Assembly (NCBI RefSeq): GCF_001194135.2
Contig: NC_068985.1
Location: 21,436,929-21,500,928 of the forward strand
Source: Octopus bimaculoides
Lineage: Eukaryota
DNA: 64,000 bases
Direction of reading: 5' to 3'
Of the stretch, positions 1 to 64,000 are shown in pieces. The notes under the pieces are model-generated. The model was not told the origin of the DNA, searched no databases, and saw nothing but the letters and a program-made list of their open reading frames with translations. Position 1 is the first letter of the stretch. Each line of letters begins with the position of its first letter. The translations under genes were made by a program, and so were the position numbers.

Positions 1-373
1 ATAATACATGAAAGATCTAAAAGTCAATGAAAAAATATGTAATAATTAACATCTATCACCCACATTTGAGGGAAAAAAAGGAGTAAGTTGATTAAATCAC
101 CCACTTTTCAAAAATCTACCATCCATCACATTCTAATGATAAAAATTTAGACAATTTCTTTCCCAACGGTGTAATCACAAACAATTACACCAGAATAAAC
201 TGTTAACATTCTCCAGCAAAAAATTAAAATGCAACAGTAAAATATAAAATAAGTTATGTCTTCATAACCTTAAAGAAGAACTCGGTTATATTGAGGGCTT
301 AAATTCAGGCAGAAAGATATATCCCAGAGAAGTGTTATGTCACAAATAAACAATGAAGTAACAATTCATTTAC

Positions 374-61164
<60,791 letters not shown>

Positions 61165-61725
61165 AATAGTATTCTAACAGCTGAAAGAAAAATTCCAAAA
61201 ACAAAAATAAATTTCAATTATCACAATTTTCAACTAAATTATGTTATTTCATTTAAATTTGACTGTGCAATATGAAAATAAACTTTTAAGATAATTTACA
61301 ATTCTAAAACAAATGTTTTACAAAAAATGTTTAGAACAGAGAAACAATGGTTTGGGTGAGTCTCGTTTCTCTAAGAATAACATTTAATTTTTAACACAGA
61401 AAACAAAACTAAATAATGATATTGATTGACATGTATTGCTTCAAAGACACAAATCCACACACACTCCACTAGCATGAGTTTAAGAAATAATGTGACAACC
61501 TATATCCTCAGCTATCTGGCACACTTACTGAAGAATCAATGACAGCAGGTAAACTTACAATTTATTCAAAGTTCTACAAGCTAAAGACTTGTAGAAAACA
61601 AAGGAAATGTTATAAGAGATCCGTAATTTCTTCATTGTCAAAACAAAAAGTGCTACTTGGAGAATGTTGTGAAAAATAATGAAGTTTAACAGATTTTCCC
61701 AACCTAAATAAATGACATACTGAAC

Positions 61726-61827
61726 TGCAATCTCTTCTATGATCAAGTTGCAAAAGATCTACAAGTGACCAAAACTTGCAATCTCTTCTATGATCAAGTT
61801 GCAAAAGATCTACAAGTGACCAAAACT
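61726..61827. repeat. Perfect 51-bp tandem duplication
   Basis: tgcaatctcttctatgatcaagttgcaaaagatctacaagtgaccaaaact x2. Confidence 0.92.
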
Positions 61828-62490
61828 GATAAAGGTTCATCAACAAACATATCAGCCCTTGATAGTAACAGATACCAAAATTCAATCATTTAGAAAATAA
61901 TTTGAGTATGCAATATTTTGTTCAGGAAACAAAATAATTATGTCAGCTCCTGCTGTAAACTCAAGCAGAAACCTCACATGAACCAATCACTTAGGAAGAA
62001 ATCCAAATAAGAGTGTACCTAGAAAATAATCTCAAAATTTTTCCTCAAACTTAGAAAATTTTTTTAAATGATTGTATAAAAGTTGAGAAATAAAATTCGA
62101 TATTTATGATAATTTGGAGAAAACTGTATCTCAAAAACTAGAGAGAAAAAGAGAATACATTAGGAGAAATATATTTTTAAATCAAACCTTCTTTAATCTA
62201 ACAAAGCAGGTAAACAAGCAATAATGCAACTTCACAAAACATTGGATACCATGGAATAATAATTCTTAATAACAAGGAACATGATCTTTGTGGCATAGGT
62301 TAGTAGAATCATAAGTGCTATTGCATCTGGAAAAGGCATTAGTCTCATGTCAGTCTATAAATACATTTACAAATAACCCAAAAACAATTATACACAAATA
62401 ATCTCTAAAACTTTACTGAAACAATAATTATCATTGGGGGTTGAGACTGAAAAATTCCAATGAAACAAACACAGGTAAACCAGCGATTAT

Positions 62491-62826
62491 ATCCTAATAA
62501 GTAGGAAGGTAGATAAAACACAAACCCCTTCAGGTAGATGGCCCTGCTCAGTATGTAGAAAAGGAGTAGGTAGTAACTCTATAAGATGTACCCGGTGCAA
62601 GCTATGGACACATAAGAGGTGCAGCAACATCAAAGGCAGGTTAACTAGCAAGTTAGTTTTTGTTTGTGGCAGATGTTCAGGTGCAATAAAGACTGCAAAC
62701 AAACAGGAAACAACTTCTATCTCATTCCAGGGTGAAAAACTAGAGGTAGTCGATAGCTTCCGCTATCTGGGCGACCAAGTTAGTAGTGGGGGTGGGTGCG
62801 CTGAAAGTGTAGCTGCTAGAATAAGA
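62491..62826 (+). mobile_element. RTE-clade LINE fragment: PHD-like finger plus RT thumb, open for 112 codons, runs into gap 62827-63309
   Basis: ILISRK..WPCSVCRKGVGSNSIRCTRCKLWTHKRC..FVCGRC..LEVVDSFRYLGDQVSSGGGCAESVAARIR. Confidence 0.85.
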
Positions 62827-63799
62827 NNNNNNNNNNNNNNNNNNNNNNNNNNNNNNNNNNNNNNNNNNNNNNNNNNNNNNNNNNNNNNNNNNNNNNNNNN
62901 NNNNNNNNNNNNNNNNNNNNNNNNNNNNNNNNNNNNNNNNNNNNNNNNNNNNNNNNNNNNNNNNNNNNNNNNNNNNNNNNNNNNNNNNNNNNNNNNNNNN
63001 NNNNNNNNNNNNNNNNNNNNNNNNNNNNNNNNNNNNNNNNNNNNNNNNNNNNNNNNNNNNNNNNNNNNNNNNNNNNNNNNNNNNNNNNNNNNNNNNNNNN
63101 NNNNNNNNNNNNNNNNNNNNNNNNNNNNNNNNNNNNNNNNNNNNNNNNNNNNNNNNNNNNNNNNNNNNNNNNNNNNNNNNNNNNNNNNNNNNNNNNNNNN
63201 NNNNNNNNNNNNNNNNNNNNNNNNNNNNNNNNNNNNNNNNNNNNNNNNNNNNNNNNNNNNNNNNNNNNNNNNNNNNNNNNNNNNNNNNNNNNNNNNNNNN
63301 NNNNNNNNNATGATGATGATATATATATAGGTACATTTATATACAAATGTGCCATTAGTTTTCTTGTACATCACATTTAATGTTTTCTGTTGATCCAGTC
63401 CATTAATCTTTTTATCAGCTTTTCATTTGAAATATTTTCATCTGCATTTATACATACTCATTTAAACCATTCTTAGACATATACTCATTAAACACACAAA
63501 TATCTACACTATACATTTGTAGGCACGAAAAGGGAGTGCATATGGGGGATGCATGCACACATGCCATTAGCACATGGGAGGTGGGTTTCTCAAGATATTT
63601 ACAATCCCTAACAAGTCAGTTTGCTTGGGTTCTTGTACAGTTGAGTTGCCTGTTATCATAAACTATTGTATTACAAGCCAACAAGGGACCCTCTATGTAA
63701 GTTGCTCAACCTGCTAGAAATAGCAAACTTCTTACTACAACAGCTATACTTGCATATTGTTAATTGTTAGTACAAACAAAATGCATAGTGGCATTTATT

Positions 63800-63940
63800 T
63801 CAATTCTTTATACTCTCAGTTCAAATGTTGCACTTTGTCTTTCATCCTTTTGGGGTCAATGAAATAAATACCAGCTGAGTACAGAAGTCAATGTAATCAA
63901 TTTCCCTCTCACCTAAAAATTGCTGGCTTTGTGTTTCCAG
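63800..63940 (+). mobile_element. SINE family D, degraded, followed by an inverted copy of its own 3' part
   Basis: tttcatccttttggggtcaatgaaataaataccag core. Confidence 0.65.
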
Positions 63941-64000
63941 TAGAAAGGATTTTTAGGTGAGAGGGAAATTGATTACATTGACTTCTGTACTCAGCTGGTA

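Noticed and set aside
254-268. Possible tiny terminal exon (ttcttctttaag|GTT ATG AAG ACA TAA, VMKT*)
   Set aside because: It lacks the conserved C-terminal DLKKRLERIK-type helix of the family, so the true last exon more likely lies left of the window.

Overview
AT-rich eukaryotic genomic DNA from a gapped draft assembly. The repeat landscape looks like octopus/coleoid cephalopod; this is inferred from recognising the repeats, not from a database search. Almost the whole window is one minus-strand gene, CKAP5 (ch-TOG/XMAP215/Msps microtubule polymerase). I traced 44 coding exons by hand from the ATG at 61164 down to 374. Splice phases are consistent throughout, giving about 1,950 aa with TOG1-5 plus the C-terminal domain. 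Exon 19 is cut by an N gap, intron 24 is GC-AG, the terminal exon appears to lie left of the window, and a non-coding first exon lies upstream of 61180. Introns are packed with four tRNA-type SINE families, RTE and CR1-like LINE relics, mariner relics, hAT- and piggyBac-type MITEs (some nested), minisatellites and microsatellites. No rRNA, real tRNA, CRISPR or prokaryotic features were seen. The most unusual items are a hammerhead-ribozyme-like motif inside an ~800-bp inverted-repeat element in intron 1, a GC donor overlapped by a frame-shifting GT donor, a perfect 52-bp foldback at the right edge, and inverted SINE pairs bracketing exons. Repeat boundaries are approximate unless TSDs/TIRs are given.
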